A DNA stretch of 64,000 bases from Ascidiella aspersa (lineage: Eukaryota): positions 21,886,001-21,950,000 of the forward strand of contig OZ004611.1 of the NCBI GenBank assembly GCA_963924565.1. Direction: 5' to 3'. The position numbers and the translations under genes are program-made. Shown here one piece after another: positions 1 through 12,836 of the stretch. How positions within the stretch are numbered: the stretch's first letter is position 1; each line of letters starts with the position of its first letter. Under the pieces are notes generated by a model, which saw only the letters and a program-made list of their open reading frames with translations, ran no database searches and had not been told where the DNA came from.

Positions 1-3000
1 GGCAATCCTATACATATAACACAAACCCGCATCAACTGATATGCAGAAACGTGTAGACATGTGCCACCGGTTTCAAAACAAGGTTAGAGGTGTACCAGAT
101 TTCCTTAACTGTATATGATTGAGCGGCGAGATTTACCCGATGCTTTCATGGCACACTATAGAAGCAAGAATACTGTGTTCTAGGGCACGCAAGCACCGCA
201 TAAGGTGCTCTAGAGGCCACGACACCCAATTCTTTGGCCATTACAACCATTACGGCCATTACGCACAATATTTGTGCAGTAAAAATAGGATGTGCCAGAG
301 TGATTGATAACTTTGTTCACCGGTTTTTAAAATGTCCGAGATTAAGTATTTTTCTAAATCTAGCTAAAGGCCACGAATTCGCAGTACTCAATTGCTATTA
401 TTTCAACTCACTGCAAATATTAACAGGTCCAAACCTTTTTTTAAGTAACAAATCGTGATGCGGAATCAATGGGTTTCACTTGTTTTTGGACACCCTGTAT
501 TTAGTTATAGGAAACCGCAGCCAGAACTAAAAGGATCCCTGGAACCACAAAGCGAGCTAATGGAACTGTTACTGCTTTCCTGACAACTGAGAATTCAATC
601 ACGGTGGATTGTATCTATAGTTTAATGCTTAAATTGAAATCGCGGATTTTCACAACGCTTTTTAAAAACAAACTAAACCTAAGAGTGTTTTTTCAAGCAA
701 AGATACACCCGCTTATTTAGAAAGTACAAAGCAAAATACGTCTACGATAAGCTGATATAGATGAGTAGCTAAACTTATTTCTTTCAAGCAGTCAAGTTTT
801 CACGTTTGATCACACGAAAAAAAAACATACGAAAGCTCATGGCAAAAAGGAAAAGGCGTAAAAAAATCGCGTTTATTTATTTTTTTGGATTTGTGTGACT
901 TAAGTTAGCAACATTATTTCATTGTAACCTCTGTAATATTTCGTTTTTCGCTTTCGCATATGCACCTCTGTAAACAAAAATCACCGTAATAGAAACTACA
1001 ATGATTGTTGTAAAATATAATGATTTTACTGGACAAAGAAGCAACTAGAATATGCTCATTTGCACTCTAAAATACTTTATTAAGCCTAGCTTAACCAAAA
1101 AAAAAAATTACAAACTGAAACGAAGCTAAACTTGGCAACGACAGAATTTCAAAGCTCGTACCGATTTGGCTGCATATGCCGGTTGATTCTTCGTCGTTTT
1201 AAACTAGGACCTTTTATCCACATCCTGCCTTTATAACAGATCTCGGTGGCCTTGAACTTATTTGCAGGAATACTGACAATGTAACTAGTCATTGCACTTT
1301 ACTTCAACCGTCGTAAAAAAGGGTTATACGGTTGTCCTTGTTAGGAGTTGCTGTGTCACAGCGGCGCACGGCGCACACCCATCTCCCTTGTTGGCATACA
1401 AACTTCTCGAATCCATTAGTGTCGACAAGCCTCGGAAAGTTTCGGGCCCTATGCCACATTGACGTCTAAGGCCAAGCCTGGCGGCAAAGTTAAAACGCAT
1501 TTCGTTGCAGCTTTGCAGAGCACATTGCCAAGATTGTGACACACCCGTATGACATGCTGAGTTGTCTAAAGGCCAATTACATTTTTAAACGCGGTAAGGT
1601 AGAGCAGGAAACATTCGTGGCTCATTTATATTTGCTAATGGTCCGTGGTTAAAAAAATCGAGTCATTCGTTTAACACAAACCAGATCTCCAGTGCTATTT
1701 TCTTGAGGAACGTTTTTATCCCAATTATAAAGCATCTGGTTAGGTCAGTGGCTGATTCTTTTTTGGGTATACGGAAGACGAAGGAACATACAAATCATTC
1801 GCGACACACTTTCTATAAAACATTACTGCAATAACTTGATAATTGCTTCTGATACGGGGCAATGCAGTATAGGTAAATACCAGTGTATAACTAGGTGTTT
1901 TTTTAATAGTAAGTGTGTAGCCAGTCTCGGGTGTTTGCTTATAGGCTTATAGGGAACACGAAAATGAGTATTTTACAAAAAAAAAACAGAATCTCCAGTT
2001 CCTGTTTGCCGAGGAACACAATTTGAGAATTACTGAAGTTTAAAGCTATTTCGGGCTGCGGAAAGAAATAATTCAAGGCGAAAACATTTGAAGTAATACC
2101 AATTTTGAAAGCAGCATGAAACATTACCGAATATGTAATATGGGATGGGAGAAATTGAAAGGTCGCCGTGCTGTTTTCTATTCTGGCACACACCGTGGTA
2201 TGCCTAAGGTTATGTGTCCGTACTGAAATGTGCGGAAAACGAATTTTTCATCAACAGGGACTGATGTCTGTTTGCCAAGAGCCGCATCGCTCATGGCACT
2301 TTGGCATCGAGGCGAATACAAGCATTAAGTCTGTATGTTATCGATTTCCTATTGTTTTGCGGTTGTTTAAATTAGCGGAAATTTATACCGTTTCGTTAAT
2401 GTACACGTTTGACATGCACATGTCAATATGGGGTTTTAAGTGTCTGAGATAACTGTGATGTTTTCTATTTTATTAATGAAACAAACGTAACATAAATTGA
2501 CTGTAATTGCGGTTGGCTGACATCTGGTAGAGCCAGGGTTTTTTTAAGGTTTGGTTTGGGTGACCGCTAAGTAGTTTTAAGCGACCGCAAGTGTTTCATT
2601 TAAATACCTAAAAGTATAAGTCCGAAATTTGGGACCGTTTCGGTCTCCCTAAACACCTTAAAGATCACTGGGTAGGGCTACTTCAAATTCCGGAATAAAT
2701 ATATACACATAATTTAACTTCAGTACCTATTTTATAAATATATGTAGGCTTACAAACGATTTTATATTATCCGTAGACCCGTTGTCTAACTATCCTCTAT
2801 TCGCCCGCTTCTGAACACCAAACGGCAATATCTTTCATTTAAGTCTGACTTCACCTGTAAACATTAAGTTAATCGGAAATAGCGCAAATTGCGACAAATA
2901 ACCATTGAATACTTTATTTGAACTCGCTGCGTGTTGGTTATGGATGTCAAAGAAAAAATATTGCATGATCGCCAAGAGTAAAGTGATTTAATTAAGCCCT

Positions 3001-4066
3001 AAAGCTCAGTATTCAGCACTTAAGCGCATCCCTTTGATTTTAGTAACTGATACGTTAACAAAAAAGGCCGATGAGATTTGTATTGATTCTTTAACATCAA
3101 ATTTAAACGTGTCATCTGCGTAAATGCAGGAGGGGTAAACCACACTGCCCTTGTCAGCACTTGTTTTTGCTATATTGACACATGAGTATATTCCGTAATC
3201 TATAGCCCTTCTAAATATCAGCATATGAACGTACAAAAATATTTTTGCCAGGTCACCGTTTAAACAATTCCGCTTGATATATTCAAATGTCTCTTTATAT
3301 TTGTGGTTTCTGTGTCTTTTAAAAAGTATCTGTTTTCGTTGAACTGACTTATGGTAATGTGGTGTACTTCTCTCGCCGAAATACTGTTTTTATATAATTA
3401 TTATAATTCAATGGACGATGGAATAGCATCCATCCTCATACCGAATAAGCAAAAAAAATGAAAACATGTAAAAACGTTCCTAAAAGTCTCTGGAAAGATC
3501 TTGGAGGCAATGTTCGGCAAGCAGTTATGATGGTGAAAAATTATGTTTGTCATACATATTAAAAAAATGATAAAAATCCTGCCAGCTGGTTCACAAGGTA
3601 TTTCTTCTCTTTGCAATATCAATAGGTAAATTTGTTTGAATGACTGACGTTAGGAGTCGCGTTCGACCAAAAGTCATTTTAAACTTTGCCAAAATTAGTT
3701 ATTAATTGCGAAAAAGGACGCGACCCTCGCGTTTGGCGATATGCAAAAACGCGCGCGTCGATTATGTACAGCGAATGTCACGCTGATGGCAGTAAGCTAG
3801 TTGAACCGGGTCAATTGTAAGCCGTGCGTTACCTTGCTCACGTATAGCAAGTTATTCAGTAAAAACTGTCACCACCGAAGGCCACAGTAGTCATATCGTG
3901 GTCTGAACAGGTGCTTATAGAGTTGCATACAAAAATTTCTGACGTTGGTTAACTGGCAGATTTTGACTCAGCTCGCGTCTTATCTTTTTACACAACCCTT
4001 GACGTTTAACGTGGATCAACAGCGTGAAACAGAGAGGACTATACACTCCGGTGTTGAGCCGCCATC

Positions 4067-4996
4067 ATGTACAACCTCAGCACTCACACATCGGAAAACG
4101 CAACTATCTTGCGATTTCTCCACGCGGAGTGGCTGATTGCCGAGCTGTTCAACTTCGGCGCCCTGTTTCTCGTAACCTGGATCGAGCTGTCTTTTCTGCT
4201 GTACGGAAAGCGAAACGGAAAGTTGCGCGGCAAAGCGGACCGTCTTCAAATCAGCGCCGGCGCTGTGTACAAGTGGGCAATGCTGGCTTTCGTGTTTAGC
4301 TACGTGCGCCTCCTCACAGACCAGGTAATTTTCAACATTGGGTATATCGGCGATCAGGAGCGGCTATGCGAGATCCTTATGGACTTATCAACCGCAGGGC
4401 TCTACCTGACCGGCATCAGCTGCTATTTCTTCCTCTGGTATCGCCAGCGCGCCCTCTACCAGCACCCAGGCCTGCGCAAGCTGAAAACAGCCTGGCTGAG
4501 CTGCGCGGACTTCGGCAGCATATCGATCATCCTTCTCGGACTGGTCTTTTCGGCGCTCGCGACCATTTACCCGCGAAACTACAGCGCTTCATCGCGCGGA
4601 TGCGTTGGCAAGCCGTCCAACGATTTTGTCCTGTGGCCTTCCTACTTAAGCACGGCTGTAACCTCGCTCGGACAAAGCCTTATGCTCTTTCTCTTCATTT
4701 ATCCTCTGAGGAGGAACGAAATTGCGTCCGGACGCGTTTCGCGGATCATGAAGCGCTCCGCCTACCTCGCGTGCCTCTTTGTCGTCACTGACGTCACGGC
4801 TCTGGTGATGTACGTCTTCGTGGTGCCCAGCCACGCGACCCGCCACGTCACGCTCACGGTGTATGACGTCAATCTGATGACGAACCTTCTCAGCGTTCTC
4901 TTCTCGTTCGATTCGTGGCGACAAATCGTTCTTTCGCCAATCAAAAAGAGCGCCGGCTACAGCGTGAACTATTCCATACGCAGCATTGTGACGTAG
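4067..4996 (+). CDS. 7TM orphan receptor family member, locus 1 (309 aa, intronless CDS)
   Basis: ATG-to-TAG ORF with seven hydrophobic segments. N-terminal sequons NLS and NAT. Family motifs RFLHAEWL, LCE (TM3 Cys), LWYRQ, SSRGC, LFIYPLR, RIMKRS, DVNLMTNLLSVLFSFDSWR. Confidence 0.9.
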   Translation: MYNLSTHTSENATILRFLHAEWLIAELFNFGALFLVTWIELSFLLYGKRNGKLRGKADRLQISAGAVYKWAMLAFVFSYVRLLTDQVIFNIGYIGDQERLCEILMDLSTAGLYLTGISCYFFLWYRQRALYQHPGLRKLKTAWLSCADFGSISIILLGLVFSALATIYPRNYSASSRGCVGKPSNDFVLWPSYLSTAVTSLGQSLMLFLFIYPLRRNEIASGRVSRIMKRSAYLACLFVVTDVTALVMYVFVVPSHATRHVTLTVYDVNLMTNLLSVLFSFDSWRQIVLSPIKKSAGYSVNYSIRSIVT

Positions 4997-6514
4997 GCAT
5001 TTGGTGACGTCAAGCGTTTGGTGGCGTCTTGGTGTTGCGTTCATCTAGTTTAGGCCAGTTATTGGATTATTTGTAGTTCACGTAATTGTGGATTCAATAA
5101 GTAGCATCCTCGATTTAAAAAACCTTGCCTTTAGTGTTTCTTCATTGAAAACTGACACAATACTTTACGTTTGTTCAAAACGTTAGCTGTATTTCTTACG
5201 AGTTTTTATCAGTGTTGTAATGACTTTGGTCATTAACTTTACTTAATTACACGTAAGTCACTGTTGTCAAATGCTCGACTTTAGTCTTTCAAACAAATGA
5301 CTTGACTTGGCCTTAAGTCATTATTTCAATCACTATAATTTTAAATTAATTGTTTTCATATCTATTTTATTATAAAATCGCGTTATTTATCTTAGTTTTT
5401 GAACGTTTAACAATTCGCTCGTTATATGTTGCTCTTTTTTTATTCTTTAGTTTAGTTATTGGTTATATTTGGATGTCGACGTCTTATTTTTATGCTAATC
5501 ACTTGACCTGGAATTTTCTATAGCTCTATTATTAACTTGACTTGTACTTGAATTGGGCAAATGGAGACTTTGGAATGAGAATTTTTTTTGCAAAAGACAT
5601 GACTTAATAAAAAAATAACGTAGCACTTTCTTATTTTATGGTCGCACTTCTTCTATTCATTTTATGTGCTAGGCCTATATGTTTTACTTATTCCGCTCGT
5701 GGTAGTAAATTTTGTGCAATAAAATATTTTGAGGCATGGCATCATTTATTAAAAGACTAACATACATAGAACTTATTACAATATTCTGACTCAAACAGAC
5801 ATTACGTATACGTAAAGGAGGAATGTGAAATTATTTAAAAGTTATAGGTTGCACATGTCAATAAAACTATTACAAAATGAAATAACCAAAATAATAATTT
5901 TATTTTAAAACATTTAGACAATAGCTGCAAAATACAATGATATTTAACATAGCGAGTCCTCTGTAAACCCTAACCCGCAAAACAAAACACCTTTTGCCAA
6001 ACATTATATTGGTATATTTGAAAAAAAAACACAACAAAAAAATTGTATGTCTTCCGTGCTTTTAACTTGTCATGTCTTGCTAACTTTCATGACATGGGAG
6101 TCTTTTTTTTAGAAGGGTGAAAAGTCCTAGTAACTTTTTGCTGATTTTATTGTACTTTAACATTACACCTAGAGTTCAGTTAAAATAATTTCTTAAAAAG
6201 GGTTTCTTCTCGTACTGTTTCTTTCAATCCAGGCTGTTATCGTGCTCATTTTATTTATTTGGGCATAGTTGGCAAGCTCGCGTGTTTGAACAAAAAAAAT
6301 AACTGTTTCTATTTAGGGGTGAAAATTATAAAAATATTTATTCTTGACTCATTGCTTTAAAAGTTGAAGCTGGGTTTCATAACTGTGAATTACTTACGGA
6401 AGAAATATGTATAAGGCTTCAGCTAAAATATATTAACTACTGGAAATACCTTGGCGAAGCTAAAAGAAGAAACAAAAGTAAACGCCAACAAAAACTGCAA
6501 TTATAATTACTTTA

Positions 6515-7408
6515 TCAGTTCCGGCCGATAGTAAAGGGCGACTTTAAGATTTCCGGCCAAGTTTCAAAGGAAAACAGAACCGCTAGCAGGTTCGTCATTA
6601 AGTTGACGTCATAGACAGTGACGGTGATGTGGCGCGTGGCCTGCGCCGGCACCAGAACGGCCAGCAGCACCATGGCGCCCAGATCGGATGATATGCAGAC
6701 CGCCGCCATGCAACAACACCTTTTGGTAAGGGCCTTTACGCGATGCATGAACATTCCTGTTGAAGACGCTCTCAGGGGTTGAACAAAAAGCAGCAGCATC
6801 GATATTTGACCGGTCAGCAGGACCACTGAGCTTAAGTAAAGCGGCCAAATAACAAAGTCGCCTCTCGGCCTGCTGATACAGCCCTTCGGTGAATGCATGT
6901 AGTTGTTTGGCACGGTAAACGAGAAGAGAAACACAGTGAACCCAGCTGTAATGAAAGCCAAGCTGCCGACGCTTAGGTAACGCTGCCAACCTGTTTTAAC
7001 AGCGTCGCAAATAGCAGGGTGCTGGTACAGCGTACGGTGCCGCAGCCACAGCAGATAGTACGTGCAGTACATGCTCGCAGTCATACCCACGATTGAAATG
7101 TCCATTAAAAGCTCGCAGGCTGTGGGAGTGCTGTCCTTGTAACCCACGTTGAAGGTAACCTGGTCAGCCAAAAGTCGTATGTAGGAGGTTGAGTAGGCCA
7201 AAACGGCGGCCGTGTAAAACTGCCCGCTGCTCAGCCTTCCATGCTCCTGTCACTTCCATTTATGGTGCTTCTTTCCGTAGGAAACAAAACCGATCAGAAT
7301 CCAAGTGACAGTCGCCAACGCTGCGACGTTGAAAAGCTCGGCGACGATCCAATACACCTGACAAAACCTGTCGACTTCCTGGCTTGTGTTAGAGGTGTTT
7401 CCCTCCAT
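6515..7408 (-). pseudogene. 7TM family locus 2: full-length 297-codon frame interrupted by one in-frame TGA at codon 53 (7250-7252); young pseudogene, null allele or readthrough gene
   Basis: Manual translation from ATG 7408 gives MEGNTSNTSQEVDRFCQVYWIVAELFNVAALATVTWILIGFVSYGKKHHKWK*QEHGRLSSGQFYTAAVLAYST..., in frame with the 6515..7201 ORF. All other family motifs are intact. Confidence 0.85.
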
Positions 7409-9445
7409 AGTACTTCAATGTTGTCTTGCTATGCGCGGGTATAACTGTCAAATATATGTCGGGTGGCGGCTTGAAGAAATAATTGACCCAAGGTTGTCCC
7501 ATTTTACATAGAACTCTGGATACGCGATAGACTGCTTACTTATGCAAAACAATCGAACATGCAAATTAGGATTACATTGTAAAATCTAAATTTAGAAGTT
7601 CACCTGTTCGCCTTGCGTAATGAACTGTGTTGCACAATTAATTTGCAAGTGAAAAATCATATTTATTCAGATCATTGGTGAGGTCAAATATTCAATACCT
7701 TGTGATGACTCGTTGAGTGTTCAGTTATTTTTAATGACGTAGTTGTTAACTTGTATGATCCAAAAACAAACGCTTTATTTGTTTCTTTCTTATGGCTTTT
7801 TAGTATGATAATATAGATCACTTTGGGGAAATCTTTATTAGTCCTTTGCGCAAATTTCTGAGTATTAACACACCATCGTAATTATTCTTCCATTCAAATT
7901 ATAATTTTTGCCAACCTGAACTAGGTAATTTTACGACAAATAGGTAATTTTACGACAAAATTTACGCTTACGTAGAGCAGGCGACTTCTAGAACTTCCAT
8001 TGCACATTTGCGCACGAGGTTGACCGGGAACAGGTTGTTACTTGAGATTTTTCGTATCCCGACGTAGCGCTATGACGTAACTTTGTGACGTCATCTTTGA
8101 AAAAAGAAATATTAAACATGGCCGTTTGGTTTCATTAATTTGAAGCAATATATTCCACAGTACATTGATTGGTGCCGCCACATGCGGCTATCCAACCTGT
8201 CATGATTATTCCCGTTAAAAATTTACAATCATACACGCTAACCAATCTTTAGCGTAATTGATTTTATTGATACTACTAAACCAGTGTAAAGAACAGGGTT
8301 GCTCGGCTTGTTGTGATTGGAGCAAAACAGGGTCACCCACGCATCTTACAGGATCTCTCGTTGTACGCATTTAGAATTGGACAAAACGACTGAACGATCT
8401 GTGAGCAATAACGCTTTGTTTATACGCCAATAATATGTAGCCTACATAAAGTGTGACAACACGGTTGCTACATTTCAACACTTACTCAGTGGAAGTGTTG
8501 CGTTGTTTCGGCTTTGCGTTTTCACAGGACTTCGGCGTGCAGTTTGGGAATTTAAAAATATGTGATTCAGGTTTTGTGCATTTCAGATTTTAAGTTATCT
8601 GTCATTCGTGGCAATCAACGAAGTGATACCAAACTAGTGTGTTTGTGTCAGGTATAAATGCCTCCACATGCTGTAATAGTAACAAGGTAGTATTTATCTG
8701 CTGAAAAAACTTTTAAAATCGTTCGAATAGTAGACGGGTGACCAAAGACTTGTTTTAATGCGTTATTTTACTTAAGATGCGCCGCAAAAAACAATTTGTT
8801 GTTTAAAGAGGTGGTTAATAGATGCCAAGAAACAAATAATGAAGAACTATCAAAGCTGTATTTAAGTTACTAAAACGTACTCCATTGTCCTTTTTCTATT
8901 TAAATCGGTTAACATAATTTTTGCAAGCAGGCATGTTTTTTATGGGCCACTTGTTATCTTCGTGAAATGCGTCACTGTTTGCGCATGCGAAATAGGTTGG
9001 CCAACCCTGATGTAGAAGGTTCATAAAGAGTATAACTTTTCTTAACTGCATTATATTTGGGCATTTTCGGATATGTTTCCTTGACAATAATTCCAAAGTG
9101 TGTACCGACAAGGAGTTAAGAGAAAATACTCCAACAATCTTGATAACCTATCTCAGGTTGTATAGGACTAACGTTACATTTTTGAAAAATAATTTAAAAA
9201 AGAAATTGACGCGCAAATCGCGTTTATTAGTTTGACGCGCAAATCGCGTTTATCCAGCCGGTCAGGCAAACCAGGATAGTCATCTTAACCGCATTTTTGC
9301 ATTCATACAGCATTCTTGATGGAGTTTTCAGTTATATAAACCGTGCTTTTGCAGTCATCTGACCCGCATTTCTTCGACACAAAACCCTTTGCATTAAGCT
9401 GAACATACGAGCGGACATTGAACATCGCAATCCAAAAGAAACAAC

Positions 9446-10393
9446 ATGGAGATTGGCGCCGGAGTCAGCAACATGCCAGCACCGAACGCCAGCGCGTCAC
9501 CATCGAACCACTTTACCCACCCGGAATGGATCGTGGCAGAGACTTTTGGCGTGTTCGCCATTTTCTGTTCGCTCTGGATCGGAATCAGCTTCGTGGTCTA
9601 CGGGATACAGAGCGGCAAGTGGACTGGTAACGGCTGCGGCGGCGGCAGCGAAAGCGGCGACGGTTGGGTGTGCGCGGCAGCAGTGGTCGCCATGTGCTTC
9701 ACCCTGCTGCGTTTTATCGCCTGCCAGGTAGCTTACAATGTCGGCTATAACGAGCTACGGGAACCTTGCGAGCAAAGCGTGGACGCAGCTGCCGCGCTTT
9801 ACGCCCTAGCAGTCCTCAGCCTCTTCGTAGTGCTCTGGCTCAAGCTGCATCACCTCTACTGTCGCATAGCCGCCGTACGGGCGCTGCAACGCCGCCTGAT
9901 CGTGGTCAAATGGGCTACGTTGTGCGTTGTGTTTTGCAGCGGCGTTGTAGCTCTGGTCGCTCACGCCTTACCAAAGAGCTTAACCGGGTCCGCGCGAGGC
10001 TGCGTCACGCTGGATACTTCGCAAGGAACCAACTGGGCGCTTTACTTCGGCTTCGCAACGCAGCTGGTCGGACACGTACTGCTGATTTGCCTTTTCGTCT
10101 ACCCGCTTCGATCGGAGATGCGCGGCAACGTTGCAAGCGCCGTTCTGCGCATTCTTAAGCGCTCGACGGCCGTAGCCGCCACCATAACGCTCTTTGACCT
10201 GGTCACTGCCGTAGCCCTGTCGGTGGTTATACCCAGGCAAGCTACTCAGCACCTGAGGCTGACCGTGGTCGACGCCAACCTGTGCGCAAACGTGCTTTGT
10301 GTGCTGCTGTCGTTTGAAAACTGGCGTCGGATTTGCGATAGCTGCCGCTGTTGTTTTGAAGCGAGGCGCCGCACTTCCACGATTGATGTGTAG
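9446..10393 (+). CDS. 7TM family locus 3 (315 aa, intronless CDS)
   Basis: Motifs NHFTHPEWI, PCE, LWLKL, SARGC, LFVYPLR, RILKRS, DANLCANVLCVLLSFENWR. Sequon NAS. Gly-rich first intracellular loop. Confidence 0.9.
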   Translation: MEIGAGVSNMPAPNASASPSNHFTHPEWIVAETFGVFAIFCSLWIGISFVVYGIQSGKWTGNGCGGGSESGDGWVCAAAVVAMCFTLLRFIACQVAYNVGYNELREPCEQSVDAAAALYALAVLSLFVVLWLKLHHLYCRIAAVRALQRRLIVVKWATLCVVFCSGVVALVAHALPKSLTGSARGCVTLDTSQGTNWALYFGFATQLVGHVLLICLFVYPLRSEMRGNVASAVLRILKRSTAVAATITLFDLVTAVALSVVIPRQATQHLRLTVVDANLCANVLCVLLSFENWRRICDSCRCCFEARRRTSTIDV

Positions 10394-11339
10394 TGATTGA
10401 GTCTGCGTTGTTTTAACTTCTCTCGACTTTTGAGTTGTCTGCGTGAACCGCGCAGTTGTACAACCGTGGATTTGACGTTCCGCATTTACTCCCTGACGCG
10501 TAACCCTAACGGTCATTTTTTGTTAGCGTGGACCGAGATCAGCCTTAAATTGTTAGAGATGACATCTAAAACAAGTAGACTCAAGAAGCGTGCTGCTTTC
10601 GGTCAACTAAATGTAAAAGTGAAATAATTTACACAAATATTTCGTACAGGCCTCAATGGACCCCTTAAACTAATCAAAGTACCCCCGAGAATTCTAGTGA
10701 CCCAGTTTAAGGGCCCCTGCAATCTTCTTCTGTTGAAGATTAATTCGTATTTAAATACGACCACGCACTTTTCTATTAAACTATGTTCTTTCAAAAAATA
10801 GTCCAATTTTTTAAATTATACACAAATATTTCGTCCAGGCCTGAATGGACTCCTTAATGCTTAAAACTAATTAACGTACCCCCAATGATACCAGTGACCT
10901 AGTTCAAGAGCTCATGTAACCTGCTTTAATACAGATTATGCTATATGAACACTGAACAAAACCTACAAAGCAACGATATCTAAAGCGGATTAGATATAAT
11001 ACCGGTTTTAGACCAATGCCATAATAAAACCAGATACGAAATAATATCAACCATAGGGAATAAAACCGAAATTTTGGCGAAAATATACCTAAACCTGCAC
11101 GAAAAGTTCTAAACCCATGACAATAAAATCTAACCATAGTCAGTTTTACTGAGGACTTAAGTCTTACTTAGAGTCCGCAGGAGATTACTTAAATACTTCA
11201 GCGGCTGCACCAACAACATAAAGAAGTTTATATAATGAAAAAACTTTACAGTGTAGATAAGAATACGGAGGTTTTAGCAGCATTTTTAAATACAAAGAAA
11301 TACAGTGAAAGGGCGACGGATCAGTTTTTTAAGAAGTCA

Positions 11340-11690
11340 CTTTGAAAAAACTTAAGTCGAGTCAAATCATTTGCAAAATAAGCAAGTCAAGTCCAAATAC
11401 AAGTCATCAATTGTCCGATTCAAGTGTCAAGTTATCAAATAGAGCAAGTCAAACCATGAACAAAACAGAACTATTAAATTGGCGAACTCGTCCGTTTATG
11501 AGAAACATTTCCACTAAAATATAAATGCTATACTGGAGACCATACAAAGTGGTTTGGCAATAGAACAAAATTTTAAGCACCAGCTAGCTTGTAGTTTGTA
11601 TTTTGCAAAAGGCTTGTCTTGGACTTAAGTTATTTTTCAAATTACTTTACTGAGACTTAAGTCATTTCAAAATGACTTGTTTACAACTAC
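11340..11690. repeat. Degenerate AAGTC/GACTT-rich dispersed repeat (relatives near 5210-5610 and 62395-62435)
   Basis: Clusters of aagtcaagtc / gacttgactt / cttaagtcatt motifs in three places. Ends and TSD not resolved. Confidence 0.45.
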
Positions 11691-12671
11691 GATTAAGAGT
11701 AGCTAATTCCAGTTTTGAATCACGTATGTTGATTACATATTAAACATAACGAATTCGTTACTTCTGAATTGTAACAATACGCGTATTTTTAAAAAGAACC
11801 TTTAAAGTTCAGTAAAATACTGCTTTGTTTCCCAACATTAAAAAAGCCTGTCAAAAATCTTATTTAATTTGTTTAGGTTTCAGTGATTTTGAACCTGCAT
11901 TTTGTCACTCTGTCGCGTGAAAGTTGAATGGTTGAAACAAGGGGCGGATCCAGTCACAAGGCCACATCCCTCCGCTGGAGACTGGTCAGAATATATAGTA
12001 AAATAACTACTTGTGCCCTGTTGTTGACGTTGATTTTCACCGGGGTTTCTAGCTACCTGACTCAGTTCACAATTTTAATTTAACTGCAGAAAAAAGTGCC
12101 CCCCCTTGCCCTTCCGTGCGGGCGCCCATGACGTTCGCATATAGTGAGTAATTAAATCGCTCTATAAAACTGCCGAATTAGCAATAAACACAGTCATGTT
12201 ATTCAACAACGTTAAATGAAGTCGTAAATGTTTTATGAGCTATCCAACGTAGACTACATTGTTCAGTGCACCTTGCCTGAGTCTTTTCCGATTTAATTAC
12301 AAGTACACATTTATGTAAAAGTCAGAAATTAGCCTAAATAGCTTTTATTGTGTTGGAATAGTAATTCATCATACGAGGTAGTTTTACTAACCTCTGTCTT
12401 TGCATTTCGCGCCCCTCAAATAATGAAAGACTCACAATTTTCCACGTTCACTATAGGGAGTGTCATAGCCCACGTTGGGAAACCCTGATCTAAAGTTGTC
12501 CAAAAAAATAAAGTTGCCAAAAATGTAATTTGAATAGGGCCAAAATTTCGAGAATTGTTTTCAACCTATAGGTCGCCACCAAAAAATTGGGTTACTTTTA
12601 GATTGGGTCGGGTGGGTCGCCGGAAGTAGTTCAAAGTTCAATAGAATAAGTTTATCGAAATTGTTCTAACC

Positions 12672-12836
12672 AATAAGAATATCAAAGCCCATACAGAAGT
12701 AGGTATCATTTCGGACGTTTCGAATAACTCTTTATTCATTTTCTCTTTATTCATAGCCTATGTTAAAAATGAATAAAGAGTTATTCGAAACGTTCAAAAT
12801 GATACCTACTTCTGTATGGGCTTTGATATTCTTATT
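12672..12836. repeat. Long inverted repeat: 71-bp arms (2 mismatches), 23-bp spacer; member of a dispersed palindromic MITE-like family
   Basis: 12672-12742 is the reverse complement of 12766-12836. Related fragments occur near 18447-18555, 37448-37505 and 49508-49570. Confidence 0.85.

Noticed and set aside
119-3622. Short ORFs in the first 4 kb and other AT-rich intergenic ORFs
   Set aside because: 60-115 aa, mostly non-ATG starts, low-complexity composition and no motifs; consistent with chance.
7250-7252. Selenocysteine or alternative genetic code for the in-frame TGA
   Set aside because: The aligned position is not Cys or Trp in paralogs, I see no evident SECIS, and other genes here (loci 7, 9, 11) use TGA as a normal stop.
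10626-10905. Diverged ~85-bp direct repeat downstream of locus 3
   Set aside because: Real but short and degenerate, with no evidence of function.
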